The notes beneath the pieces are model-generated. The model made no database searches. It was not told the DNA's origin and was given only the letters and a program-made list of their open reading frames with translations. From the NCBI GenBank assembly GCA_963779415.1, contig CAVZYA010000002.1, positions 736,001 to 800,000 on the forward strand: a stretch of 64,000 bases of DNA, given 5' to 3'. Position numbers and translations under genes: made by a program. The DNA is from an uncultured Acidobacteriota bacterium. GTDB lineage: Bacteria > Acidobacteriota > Thermoanaerobaculia > UBA5066. Positions 30,601 through 39,957 of the stretch are shown in pieces. Each line of letters starts with the position of its first letter. Position 1 is the stretch's first letter.

Positions 30601-30783
30601 CGTCTCGCGGACCGGGCTCTTCTCTTCGCGAAGCGCTCGGGGCGCCACCAGTCGGTAGGCTTTCTCCTCGAGGAGGGGATGAGCGCCGAAGAGGCGCAGT
30701 CGGTGGTCCGCCGGTCGGCCGAGGACGGGGACGAGAAGGGGCTGCGGCTCGTCCGGTCCGAGGGGCCCGTCACGCCGGAGTGA
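27700..30783 (+). CDS. Diguanylate cyclase with periplasmic regulator beta-propellers and Y_Y_Y domain
   Basis: Repeated DGL...D..G.LW.GT..GL units; TM helix; DPLTSLRNRR, DLDHFKEIND, RWGGEEF. Confidence 0.9.
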   Translation: MNRAGRGVLAAGALLLFVARAAGADEPAGAARLFEGRLVFATYGRDDGLEDLNVEAILQDRTGFLWLGTGNGLYRFDGRRFVRMGANLASLDTRVTALHEAPDGVLYVGTGAGLARREKEPFVALGRESGLPASEILAGLIATDPGGRLLVGTRQGLYREEGGRFVPVPRPDGGPESRITALHVDSAGAVWTARGRSLVVSDKEGWHDLGANLPIPAGEQIDRIVTDGAGRVFLRTLRTLWVRERGTITFVRDDDGLPASSEFGRLALGRDGEILVPTIRGLARKRGGVWTLIGKREGLPGPAANAALVDREGSLWVGLAGEGLARRLGEGVFTGAGEDEGLAHNLVWAIAREESGGVRGALWVGTEEGLNRIDPRDGSIATFRRKDGLGGDAVQALAAFPDGRLYAGHWPGGITRIGPGQEAFRRCRFEGADPLGLRVVSLFRTRGGELFAGTNRGVFRLPEGERDSFVPVAVPEPTAGWRMFAFGEDAEGIVWAAGEGGLYRMTGPRPRRFGPEDGFRARDLSGLVVLDDGSFAVGYRDVTGVDRVSVRGDRLTMTPLSPPAGGAPGKSVFLGRNASGALWSGTEVGLDVYPAKGPAVHYGRSDGLLTDDMNQNAFLAEPDGTVWIGTSRGLVRYRSGEASRRRWPPRIVLLEAWAGRRPLDLAAPVRLSRGERDLRLSWAALTFVDPRRVHYFYRLAGLEDAPIETTLPEVRYSALPSGHYRFEVSAITAAGIPSEGSAVLVVSVAPAWWEESWAWILGGLVLGLGVAGITMWRTRALETERQRLEAAVAERSAALAALNRELEEASLTDPLTSLRNRRFFSAEVGREIANVLRAFRPSGGGFPPEGRDIVFYLVDLDHFKEINDLFGHDVGDTVLVEVAVRLGRVVRKGDWLVRWGGEEFLIVLREGGRDQASILAERILLAISREPFDLGKGRKLWRTCSVGWAVFPSLPAFPEAVSYEDVLRLADRALLFAKRSGRHQSVGFLLEEGMSAEEAQSVVRRSAEDGDEKGLRLVRSEGPVTPE

Positions 30784-30793
30784 GTCTCTCCCT

Positions 30794-31633
30794 TCACCCC
30801 CCGAGCGCGGCGTCGAGGGCGGAGCGTAGATCCGGATGGCGGAAAGAGAATCCGAGCGCGAGGGCCCGTTTCGGAACGGCCCGCTGACCGTCGAGAAGGA
30901 GCGTCGCCATCTCGCCGAAGACGAGGCGGAGCGCCGCGGCCGGGGCCGGGACGACCGCGGGGCGATGGAGCGCGGCGCCGAGCGCGGTCGCGAAGTCGCG
31001 GTTCCGTACGGGGGCGGGGGCCGTTCCGTTCAGGGCCCCCGCGGCGGCCTTGTTCCGAAGGGCGAAGAGAAAGAGCGAGACGAGGTCGTCCCGGTGGATC
31101 CATGACATCCACTGCAGGCCCGTCCCGACCCTTCCTCCCGCGAAGGCCTTGAAGGCCGGAAGCATCTTCGCGAGCGCTCCCCCGTCCGCGGCGAGTACGA
31201 CGCCGGTCCGGATCCGGACGACCCGAACTCCGAGAAGGAGAGCCGCGGCCGCCTCTCCCTCCCACCGGACGCAGAGGCGGGCGAGAAAGTCGTCGCCGGG
31301 AGGCGCTTCCTCGTCCAGCTCCTCGTCCCCTCTTGCCCCGTAGTAGCCGACGGCGGAGGCGGAGACGAGAACGGAGGGCCTCGCCTTCGCGGACGCGATC
31401 GCCGCGACGAGACGCCGCGTTCCCTCCGTCCGACTCCCTTCGATCCGGAGCCTCGCCGCGTCGGTCCAGCGCTGGGCGATCGGCTCCCCCGAGAGATTCA
31501 CGACGGCGTCGGCGGCCTCCACTCCGGAGATGTCGTCGCGCTGCGGGACGACGACGTCGTCCCCTTCCGCGCGGAGTCGCGCGGCGAGAGCCCGTCCGAT
31601 GAAGCCCGTTCCTCCCGTGACGACGACGCGCAT
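30794..31633 (-). CDS. TIGR01777-family NAD-dependent epimerase/oxidoreductase
   Basis: VTGGTGFIG, NLSGEPIAQRW, SASAVGYYG, SWIHRDD, GQRAVP. Confidence 0.9.
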   Translation of the reverse strand: MRVVVTGGTGFIGRALAARLRAEGDDVVVPQRDDISGVEAADAVVNLSGEPIAQRWTDAARLRIEGSRTEGTRRLVAAIASAKARPSVLVSASAVGYYGARGDEELDEEAPPGDDFLARLCVRWEGEAAAALLLGVRVVRIRTGVVLAADGGALAKMLPAFKAFAGGRVGTGLQWMSWIHRDDLVSLFLFALRNKAAAGALNGTAPAPVRNRDFATALGAALHRPAVVPAPAAALRLVFGEMATLLLDGQRAVPKRALALGFSFRHPDLRSALDAALGG

Positions 31634-31682
31634 GGACGCCTCCATGAACCATCGTATCCGCCGCACGCCGTATAGTGAACGG

Positions 31683-32603
31683 GTGCGATACGCGTCCCGG
31701 CGCCGGAAGGGGCTTCTCCTCGCGGTGGCCCTCGCCATCGTCTCCGGGCTCGCCGCGGCTGGTGCGCGGTCGGCCCCCACGGCGCCCCCCGTCGATCCGG
31801 AGGAGATCGCCCGTCGCGTCGCCAGCAACCAGCGCCTGATGGAGAAGCGGTGGAGCGGCGCGACGTACGACTTTCTCGACGTCCGGACGACGTACGACAA
31901 GAACGGGCGCCCGAAGGAGATTCACCGCCGCCTCTTCTACGTCCTCGCCGGAGAGGGGGGACATCCGGACTCACGCGAGCTGGTCGATGTGGACGGGCGG
32001 GCGCCGACGGCGGACGAGGTCCGCGAAGCCGCCGAGGAGGACGCCAAGAGACACAGGCGGATCGAGGAGCGGGCCGCGCGCCATGCCTCGTCGCCGCCGA
32101 AAGTCTCGGGTAACGACGACGATCCTTTCCTCGACGACCAGCGGCTCTCCGAGATACTCGGCCGGTACGAGCTTCGGTTCGTCGGCGAGGAGGTGGCCGA
32201 CGGGCGTCTCGTCTACGTTCTCGACTTTTCCCCGCGGCCGGGGCTTCCCACCCACTCCGTTTCGGAGCGGGCCTTCGCTTCGATGGCGGGACGGGCGGTG
32301 ATCGACGCCTCCGACCTCCAGATCCTCTCCCTCGAGGCGCACCTGACGAAGAACCTCAAGGTGGCCGGCGGCATCGCAGCGAACGTGAAGGAGGCGCGGA
32401 TGGTCTACCGCGCCGTCCGGCTCGGCCCCGACGCGTGGTTTCCGTGCCGGGTCGACCTCGATGTCTCCGGCAAGGCGATCCTCTTCTTCCGGATCGCCTC
32501 CGGCTTCCGCTTCGACTTCGGGACGCCGAAGAGGTTTTCCGTCGAGGAGGAGGCGGTCGTCGGCGAGCCGGCCGGCGTCCCTCCCGGGCCCGAGCGGCCC
32601 TGA
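31683..32603 (+). CDS. Secreted hypothetical protein (possible LolA/sorting-protein-like beta fold)
   Basis: Signal peptide; GEEVADGRLVYVLDFSPRPG; fold call is inference. Confidence 0.6.
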   Translation: MRYASRRRKGLLLAVALAIVSGLAAAGARSAPTAPPVDPEEIARRVASNQRLMEKRWSGATYDFLDVRTTYDKNGRPKEIHRRLFYVLAGEGGHPDSRELVDVDGRAPTADEVREAAEEDAKRHRRIEERAARHASSPPKVSGNDDDPFLDDQRLSEILGRYELRFVGEEVADGRLVYVLDFSPRPGLPTHSVSERAFASMAGRAVIDASDLQILSLEAHLTKNLKVAGGIAANVKEARMVYRAVRLGPDAWFPCRVDLDVSGKAILFFRIASGFRFDFGTPKRFSVEEEAVVGEPAGVPPGPERP

Positions 32604-32627
32604 CGCGCTCCCCGTAGAATCGTCGCG

Positions 32628-33200
32628 ATGACGCCCATTCAGCGCCGACTCACCCTCGGCGGAGGCTTCGCGGCCGCCGCCCTACTCTTCGTCTTCGCCT
32701 GGCGCTCCTCACTCGTGCCGGCGACGCATCCCGACCACGACCACGGCATCCTGAACCTCGACGCCGGCGGCCGGCTCATGGTCGAGAGACGCGACGGCTC
32801 GGAACGGAACCTCGTCGGACGGCCGGGAAAGGTGATGGTCGTTCACTTCTTCTCGACGGACGCGGCGGGCGCGGCCGCCGAGCTGGCCGCCCTTTTCGCG
32901 ACACAGGAGCGGCTGAAGGCCGACCGGGGCGTCGACTGGGTCTTGATCGCCCGGAACACGGACTTCGCCTCGCTCGACTCGTGGCTCGCCGCCAGCCATC
33001 TCGCCCCTCCGGCGCCGAAGACCCTCTACCTCGATCCGAAGGGGGATACGACGCAGAAACTGAACTGCAAGCGGCCGCTCGACACCATGTTCTTCAACCT
33101 CGACGGGAAGCTCGCCTCTCAGACGCGCGGGCCGGCGAACTGGGCGCTGGAGGCGTCCGAGCGGATCGATCAGGCCCGGGGCGGCGCGACGATCGAGTAG
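32628..33200 (+). CDS. Membrane-anchored TlpA/redoxin-fold protein lacking CXXC
   Basis: GKVMVVHFFST replaces NFWASWCxxC; LDPKG..TMFFNLDGKL..RGPANW. Confidence 0.6.
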   Translation: MTPIQRRLTLGGGFAAAALLFVFAWRSSLVPATHPDHDHGILNLDAGGRLMVERRDGSERNLVGRPGKVMVVHFFSTDAAGAAAELAALFATQERLKADRGVDWVLIARNTDFASLDSWLAASHLAPPAPKTLYLDPKGDTTQKLNCKRPLDTMFFNLDGKLASQTRGPANWALEASERIDQARGGATIE

Positions 33201-33204
33201 TCGT

Positions 33205-33804
33205 TCACCCGGGAGCGTCGAGAGCGGGAAGCGTGGTGGCGAGGCCGGGGGCCCCCCAGAAGGAGAGTCCCAGCTCCACGAGGCCTGAACGCCGGAAGGC
33301 GGCTCGGTACCAGACGGCCGGCCTCCCGGAGAAGCCGTCGAGGTCTCCTTCCGCGCCGTCTTCGGCCGTGAAGACGGGGAGGAAGGCCGCGCCCCCCGTT
33401 CGTGCCGCGAGCTCCGGCAGTCCTCTCCGGATCTCCTCGTCGGAAAGGTAGTGGAGGACGTCGGCCGAGATGACGAGATCGAAGCGCCGCTCGGGAAGCC
33501 GGGCGAGGTCATCGAAACGTCCCGCCGTGACGTTCCGCGACCGGCCGTACCGGGAGACGACGTACGGGCTCGGATCGACCCCGAGATAGGTCGCCCGGGG
33601 ACGGAAGGCGAGGATCGGTGCGCGCCACGCCCCTTCGCCGCAGCCGATGTCGAGGACGTTCCGGAGAGTTCGGCCCAGGAGATGCTCCACGACGGCAACC
33701 GCGAGGCGGGCGCGGCGGGCGCGCGCGGCGCCGGTCGTGACACGGTGCTCCGGGCTTCGGTACCAGCGGTCGAAGTAGGCGCGGTCGTAGCGCTTTGCCG
33801 TCAC
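33205..33804 (-). CDS. Class I SAM-dependent methyltransferase
   Basis: VLDIGCGEG, FDLVISADVLHY; GTG start overlaps upstream stop. Confidence 0.85.
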   Translation of the reverse strand: MTAKRYDRAYFDRWYRSPEHRVTTGAARARRARLAVAVVEHLLGRTLRNVLDIGCGEGAWRAPILAFRPRATYLGVDPSPYVVSRYGRSRNVTAGRFDDLARLPERRFDLVISADVLHYLSDEEIRRGLPELAARTGGAAFLPVFTAEDGAEGDLDGFSGRPAVWYRAAFRRSGLVELGLSFWGAPGLATTLPALDAPG

Positions 33805-35636
33805 GGGGCGATCATCGCCTCCCAGACGGCGCGCGACATCTTCCGCGACGCCTCGATGACGCGCTTTCGCCCCTCCTCGTTCGCCCCGAAGTCGTCCGCG
33901 AGAAGGACGAGCACGTACTCGCGTCCGCCCGGGAGCCGGACGACAGCGGCGTCGTGCTGAACGGAGGAGATCGACCCCGTCTTGTGCCCGACGACGGCGC
34001 CCGACTGCGGGTGGAGCCCGGCGGGAATCTGGTCGTTGAAGGTCTGCCCCGTCAGAATCTCCCACGCCTTCGCCTTCGAAGAGGCCGAGAGTTTCGACGT
34101 CCGGACGGCGGCCTCCATCACGGTCCCCATCCCGGCCGCATCGGTCTCGTTGTTGAGCCCCTTCTCATAGGCCTTCGAGTCCTCGACGCACCGGCGGACC
34201 TTCACCGTCGGAGCGCCGAGCGCGTCGGTGAACCTCTGGACCGCCTCCGGGCCGACGTGTGAAAGGACGATGTCCGTCGCGAGATTCGAGGAGCGGACGA
34301 TCATCTCCCTGACGAGGAACTCGAGCGGCGCGCTCTTGCCGAGATACGCCATCGTCGGCCCGTCGTCCACCGGATCGAGGCCGATCGAGAAGGTCGACCC
34401 ATCCACGGCCGACCGAAACTCGTTCTTTACGGGCAACTCGTCCGAGAGATTCAACGACCCTTCGTCGACGCGGCGAAGCACCTCCAGCATCACGGGTGTC
34501 TTCATGGTGGAGGCGGCGTGCATGGAGACAGAAGGATTCTTCGAGAGGGATCGGCCGCTCCCGAGATCCTTGAACCAGATTCCGAAGCGCGCTCCGCTGC
34601 CGTCCGCGATCGCGTCGAGGGCGCGCCCGAGTTCGCGCACCGTCGTCTCGGTCAGCTCCGGCCCGCCCTTCTCGTTCGAAGAGATCCTCAATCTCCGGGC
34701 GTAACGGAAGAGCGGCTTGAGGAACGGGCTGTCGAAGGGGGTGATCTGCACGCCGGGGACGTTGTGGCGCGTCGACTGGAGGACCGTTCCGTCCCCGATC
34801 CAGATCGCCTCGTGGTCGATCCGGTTCTCCGTCCCGAAGAAAAGAAGGTCGCCGGGGCGAAGAGCGTCGAACGAGACCGGAACGAGCGCTTCATCCTGGA
34901 AGGCCTGCTCGTAGCTGTTCCGCTTCAGCGTCACGCCGTGCTCCGAGAAGATCCGCTGCACGAGCCCCGAACAGTCGAAGCCGAGAGGCGTCGTCCCGCC
35001 CCACGTGTACGGGGCTCCGACGAAGCGCTTGCCGAAGGCGATCCAGGAGGAGGGGGAACGAAGAGGGGGATTCTCTTCGAAGGAAACGAGGGCGACGTCG
35101 CGCGCGGCCATGTATCCTTCGCGCCCATCCGGCAGGGCGACGCGGACCCAAGAATAGGATTCGCCCTCTTTACCTTCTAAGAAATCCGAAAAACTCATCC
35201 TCGCGCCTACCGGGGCACTGAGCAGTGGACGCGCCATGGTGAAGGACGGGGAAGAGTAGACGTGGGCGAAATTCGACGTCACGCGAACGACCTTCGCGCC
35301 GGCAGCGGGCGGGAGATCTCCACGGCGTATGGCTCGCTCGGGAATCCAGGCGACCTCTCCGGCCGCCGTCCGCACTTTCGCGAAGCCGGTGGCGTCCTCG
35401 AGCACGGTGAGACGGTCACCGAGGATCACCTGGTCGTCCACGGGGGCGGTCTCGTCGGGGCGGGCGTAGAGGTTCTCGGTGGCGGCCGTGACGACCACGG
35501 TGCCGGGAGATGTTGTGGCCGAAGCGGTCCCGGCGAGGAGAGCGGCGACGACGAGGGCCGACGAAGGACGGAGGGCGCGCACGACCCAATTCTCTCCCGG
35601 CCGGCGGCGGCGCGGGTCAGTCGGTCCGGCGGACAT
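33801..35636 (-). CDS. SH3b-SH3b-NlpC/P60 endopeptidase fused to a class A beta-lactamase-fold serine hydrolase
   Basis: PYTWGG..GFDCSGLV, GDLLFF, IDHEAI; ASTMK (SxxK), SSN, HKTG; true start may be near 35585. Confidence 0.85.
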   Translation of the reverse strand: MSAGPTDPRRRRPGENWVVRALRPSSALVVAALLAGTASATTSPGTVVVTAATENLYARPDETAPVDDQVILGDRLTVLEDATGFAKVRTAAGEVAWIPERAIRRGDLPPAAGAKVVRVTSNFAHVYSSPSFTMARPLLSAPVGARMSFSDFLEGKEGESYSWVRVALPDGREGYMAARDVALVSFEENPPLRSPSSWIAFGKRFVGAPYTWGGTTPLGFDCSGLVQRIFSEHGVTLKRNSYEQAFQDEALVPVSFDALRPGDLLFFGTENRIDHEAIWIGDGTVLQSTRHNVPGVQITPFDSPFLKPLFRYARRLRISSNEKGGPELTETTVRELGRALDAIADGSGARFGIWFKDLGSGRSLSKNPSVSMHAASTMKTPVMLEVLRRVDEGSLNLSDELPVKNEFRSAVDGSTFSIGLDPVDDGPTMAYLGKSAPLEFLVREMIVRSSNLATDIVLSHVGPEAVQRFTDALGAPTVKVRRCVEDSKAYEKGLNNETDAAGMGTVMEAAVRTSKLSASSKAKAWEILTGQTFNDQIPAGLHPQSGAVVGHKTGSISSVQHDAAVVRLPGGREYVLVLLADDFGANEEGRKRVIEASRKMSRAVWEAMIAP

Positions 35637-36483
35637 TCCGGATCGCGCCGGAACTCTCCGATTTCACCGTGATCATCCGCCGGTCCGCGCGCCCGATCGT
35701 CCGCTCGAGCGTCTCGTGCTCGCTCCGGGAGGCCCAGCCGAGCGAGAAGGAGACGAGACGCTCCGCTTGTGCGGACGTCCGGAGGCGTTCGGCGACGGCT
35801 TCCGCGGCCGCCTCGTCGGCTCCCGGGAGGATGACGAGGAACTCGTCGCCTCCCATCCGGATGACGACCTCCTCGGCCCGGGTCTCGCGCATCAGGAAGC
35901 GTGCGAGGCGGGTGAGGGCCGCATCGCCGGCCGCGTGCCCGTGCCGGTCGTTGTAGAGCTTGAAGCCGTCCACGTCGGCCATGAGGCAGCCCCACGGCTC
36001 GTCGGTCGGGTCGTGCCGGGCGGCGAACTGGGCGAGGAAACGGCGGTTGAAGCAGCCCGTCAGCGGGTCACGGAGGATCTGGTCGCGAAGCTGCTCCTCG
36101 AGGCGCTTCCGGTCGGTGATGTCGATCAGGATGCCGTGGTAGACCTCCTCGCCCGTCGTCGGGTCGGCGCAGACGTAGGCCGTGTCGATGACCGTACGGA
36201 TCTCGCCGTTCTTCCGTCGGAGCTGGAGCTCGAAGTCCCGGACGACGCCGTCTCGCGCGAGGATGTCCATCTCCTTCTCGCGGGCCTTCGGGTCGACGAG
36301 GAGGTCCGGCACGAGGCCCAGCTCCCCGAGCGATGCGACGCCGAACATCTCGAAAAACGCAGGATTTCCCTCGAGGATCCGCCCGTCCGGCGTCGAGACG
36401 TAGATTCCTTCCTTCAGGGAACGAATGAACCGCCGGAGGTTCTCCGGATCCTCGAGAGAGAGATGCCGCGGCACAGCGCGCAA
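35617..36483 (-). CDS. PAS-GGDEF diguanylate cyclase
   Basis: PAS (EGIYVST.DGRILEGNPAF); DPLTGCFNRR; RMGGDEF intact. Confidence 0.9.
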   Translation of the reverse strand: MRAVPRHLSLEDPENLRRFIRSLKEGIYVSTPDGRILEGNPAFFEMFGVASLGELGLVPDLLVDPKAREKEMDILARDGVVRDFELQLRRKNGEIRTVIDTAYVCADPTTGEEVYHGILIDITDRKRLEEQLRDQILRDPLTGCFNRRFLAQFAARHDPTDEPWGCLMADVDGFKLYNDRHGHAAGDAALTRLARFLMRETRAEEVVIRMGGDEFLVILPGADEAAAEAVAERLRTSAQAERLVSFSLGWASRSEHETLERTIGRADRRMITVKSESSGAIRNVRRTD

Positions 36484-36515
36484 ATCGTACTCCTTCGCCG
36501 CGGCATAATCGGCCC

Positions 36516-37660
36516 ATGACGAACGAGCTCACACGCCGCTCCCTTCTCGCCGGCTCCGCGGTCCTCGCGGGAGGGGCGTTTCTTCCCGAATCCGCCGTCG
36601 CCTCGCAGGCTGCCGCGACCGCGTCGTCAGCCGGGAAGGCGGCGCTGTCGCTCGTCCCGCTCGAGCTGAAGCTGACGCACCCCTGGACGATCTCCCGGAA
36701 CTCGTCGACCGAAAAGAAGAACGGTCTCGTGGCGCTCGTGGCGGACGGCGTCACCGGGTACGGCGAGGCGGCGGCGAACGTCCGCTACGGGCAGAGCTGG
36801 GAATCGGGCGAGGCGGCCTTCGCCCGGGTCAAGAAGGCCGTCGAGGGGCTCTCGCCGTGGGAGCACCTCGTCTTTCTCGAGCGGGCCGAAAAGGAGGCCG
36901 GCGGCGACTCGCAGATCGTCGCGGCGCTCGACATGGCTCTCTGGGACTGGAAGGGGAAGAAGCTCGGCGCACCCGGTCCATCGCCTCCTCGGAATGCCCG
37001 ACAGACCGAATGGCGGTGACGACCTTCACGATCGGCATCGACACGCCCGGAGATGATGCAGAAGAAGGTCCAGGAGGGGGAGAAGTACCCGCTCGTTGAA
37101 AGTGAAGGTGGGGCTGCCGGCCGACGAGGAGAACGTCAGGGCGATCCGCGCCGTGACGAAAAAGCCGATCCGCGTCGACGCGAACGAGGGATGGAAGACG
37201 CCCGAGGAGGCGATCGGGCGGATCCAGTGGCTCGCCACGATGGGGATCGAGTTCGTCGAGCAGCCGATGCCCGCGTCGATGAACGCGTCGATGAAGGGGG
37301 TGAAGGCCGCCTCGCCGCTGCCGCTCGTCGCGGACGAGTCGGTCCTCCACCCGGCCGACGTCCCGGGCCTCGTCGGCCTCTTCGACGGCATCAACGTGAA
37401 GCTCGCCAAGTGCGGCGGCATCACCCGCGCATACGAGATGGCGGCCATCGGCCGGGCACTCGGCTTCAAGCTGATGCTCGGCTGCATGATCGAGTCGTCG
37501 GTCGGCATCGCGGCCGGCGTCGCGGTCGCGCCGCTCTTCGACTGGCTCGACCTCGACGGGAATCTCCTCGATCGCGAACGACCCCTTCAAGGGCCTCGCG
37601 ATCGTGGACGGACGGTGGCGGGAGCCGATGGGCCCGGGGCTCGGGGTCGTCAGGGCCTGA
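36516..37660 (+). CDS. Dipeptide (L-Ala-D/L-Glu) epimerase, enolase superfamily, with Tat signal; frameshifted in the assembly
   Basis: TRRSLL Tat motif; GYGEA, ALDMALWD, KVK, DANEGW, EQP, ADES, NVKLAKCGG, GCMIES, DLDG across frames; indels near 36970-37095 and 37570. Confidence 0.85.
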
Positions 37661-39956
37661 CGGGCCCGCGTCCCGGGACGAGTCCGAGCAGGGCGCAGAG
37701 AACGTAGCAGCCGATCGCGGCAAGGAAGAGGGAGCGGATGCCGAAATGGAGCGCCGCGACGGCCGCCAGCGCGCCTCCCGCGACGGACGCGATCCCGTCC
37801 GCAGCGTAGACCGCCGCCGCCGCCCTCTGTCTCGGACCTGCCCAGCGTTCGATCACCGCCGGAAAACAGGCGCCCGCGGCGATCGTCGGCGGCGCGAAGA
37901 GAGCGGCGGCGGCGAGCAGGAGGGCGGCGTCTCCCTCTCCCGGGGAGGCGTCGAGAAGACGTCCCCAGAGTGCTACCGATCCGGTGAGGGTGACCGCCGT
38001 CGCCGCCGAGAAGAGGGCGAGCCGAAGGGACGTCGTTCCGCCGTGGAGCCGCACGGCGAGGAGGGCCCCGAGGCTTCCGAAGACGAACATCCCGCCGACT
38101 CCGAACGCCACCGCGAGCGTCGGGTTGCCGAAGAGGAAATGAGCGCGGTGGATCAACCCGGCCTGCAGGAAGATGAAGCCGAGGCCGAGAGCGGCCCCCG
38201 CTCCCCAGCCGGGAAGTGGGAGAGAGCCCGCCGACTCCGGCCGGCGGAGCGTATCGGCCACCGCGAGGAGGACGACGAGGGCGAGACAGGCCGCGCCGAG
38301 CCGGACCCAAACCGTGCCGGCGCGCCGCTCGAGATTGAAGAAGAAGGGGGATTCGTCCGTCGCGGGGGTCAGGTCCGGCTCGCTCCGGGCGACCCAGGAG
38401 GCGAGCGTCGTCTCTCCGCTCGCGAGGCTCCGGTACGGCTCCTCGGCCGGCCCTCCGGGAGCGAAGCGGACGCGGATTGCCTTTGCGGCACCCTCGAGAA
38501 GCTGCGTGACGCGCCCGAGCGAGACGGGCGCGCCGTGGACCAGAACGAGGTCGGAGAAGGCGCTCGAGGCGTCCGTCTCCAGGATCACGAACCGTTTCAT
38601 GGCCTCGGGCTCCGTGAGGCCGAGGCGCCGGAAGGCTTCGAGAGCCGTCGCGACGGTCTTGTCGGCCAGCTCGGTCTGGTTCTGGACGACCTCGATCGCC
38701 CCGCCCGGCGCCAGGTGCGCGAGATACGTCTCCATCGCCTCGACCGTGAAGACCCAGTTCTGTCGGGCGACGTTGCTTCGCCCCTCCGACGGGTCGTTCT
38801 GAATGAGCGACAGCTCGATCAGGTCGTACCGCTCGGACGTGTCCCGGAGAAAGCGACGCGCATCCGCCCGGACCACCCGGACCTCGCTCCGGTCGTAGAC
38901 ATGGCCGGAAAACTCCGCGAGGCCGCGCGTGAAGCGGATCGTGGCGCGGTTGATCTCGACGGCCGTCACGTCCGTCGCGCCCCCCTGGAGGGCGATCGCC
39001 ACGTCGAAGCCGCCGCCGGCGCCGAGGATCAGGACTTTCTTCGGCCGCCCGTTCCGGAACGGAAGCGCCTTCAGAGCGGCGCGCCCCTCCAGCTCCGGAT
39101 GGTCGAAACGGGGCGAGCGTCCGTCCCAGCGGACGACGCCGGCGGCATACATCCGGTCGGTGTAGAGATACTTCGCCCAGGGTCGGTCCATCTCCACGAG
39201 GTCGATGCGGGCGAAGTCGTCGTAGGCCGTGGCCAGAACGCGGCCGTGGTGCGACCGCGTCTCCCAGACGAGCTGCGGTTCGAACGTCACGACGGCGTAG
39301 GGGTCGACGGCGAGGACGCCGCCGGGGACGGCGAGATTCGCGAGAAGCAGAGCCGCCGGCGCCGCCGCGACGAGGGTGGGTGCGACGCGGGACGAGGCGA
39401 TGGAGAGCGGAAGCGCCGCGAGGCCGGCGACGCTCGCCGCGGCGAGACCGGTATTGACGTCGCCGATTCGCGGGAGAAGTACCAGTGCCGCGGCGACGCC
39501 GGCTCCCCCTCCGGCCATCTCGAAGGCATAGGTCAGGGAGGCGCGCGCTCCGATCCAGACGTAGGCTGTCGCCAGGCACGCTCCCGCGAAAAGGAAGGGA
39601 AGTGCGAAGACGCCGGCTTCGAAAGCGAGCTTCACGCGGATTACGAGCACCCAGGCGACGCCGGCCGAGAGGCCGGTGAGGAGTGCGAGAAGCCGGATCC
39701 GGGCGGGGGTGACCTCCCGTCCGCGTCGCGCCCTCTGCCAGTGGACGGCCGCGGCGCCGATTCCGAGCGCGGCGATGCAGACGGAAAGGACAAGAAAGGT
39801 CGCCTGCGTGTAAACGAGGACGGACGAGACCCGGGTCAGGGCGATCTGGTAGATCGCGAGGGCGAAGGAGACGAGCCCGAGGGTCAGACGGACCGCGAAG
39901 ACCGGCGCGTCGTCCCGCGGCGCTCCGGTGTCGTCGAGGCCCGGGTTTCCGGACAC
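37650..39956 (-). CDS. Multi-pass membrane protein with spermidine-synthase-like SAM domain
   Basis: TM bundle, VLILGAGGGFDV, AVEIN, DARRFL, YDLI, PATDESPFFF, second TM bundle. Confidence 0.8.
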   Translation of the reverse strand: MSGNPGLDDTGAPRDDAPVFAVRLTLGLVSFALAIYQIALTRVSSVLVYTQATFLVLSVCIAALGIGAAAVHWQRARRGREVTPARIRLLALLTGLSAGVAWVLVIRVKLAFEAGVFALPFLFAGACLATAYVWIGARASLTYAFEMAGGGAGVAAALVLLPRIGDVNTGLAAASVAGLAALPLSIASSRVAPTLVAAAPAALLLANLAVPGGVLAVDPYAVVTFEPQLVWETRSHHGRVLATAYDDFARIDLVEMDRPWAKYLYTDRMYAAGVVRWDGRSPRFDHPELEGRAALKALPFRNGRPKKVLILGAGGGFDVAIALQGGATDVTAVEINRATIRFTRGLAEFSGHVYDRSEVRVVRADARRFLRDTSERYDLIELSLIQNDPSEGRSNVARQNWVFTVEAMETYLAHLAPGGAIEVVQNQTELADKTVATALEAFRRLGLTEPEAMKRFVILETDASSAFSDLVLVHGAPVSLGRVTQLLEGAAKAIRVRFAPGGPAEEPYRSLASGETTLASWVARSEPDLTPATDESPFFFNLERRAGTVWVRLGAACLALVVLLAVADTLRRPESAGSLPLPGWGAGAALGLGFIFLQAGLIHRAHFLFGNPTLAVAFGVGGMFVFGSLGALLAVRLHGGTTSLRLALFSAATAVTLTGSVALWGRLLDASPGEGDAALLLAAAALFAPPTIAAGACFPAVIERWAGPRQRAAAAVYAADGIASVAGGALAAVAALHFGIRSLFLAAIGCYVLCALLGLVPGRGPVRP

Positions 39957-39957
39957 G

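Noticed and set aside
33801-34680. Beta-lactam resistance gene
   Set aside because: Fused to NlpC/P60 in a cell-wall recycling context; resistance cannot be supported from sequence alone.
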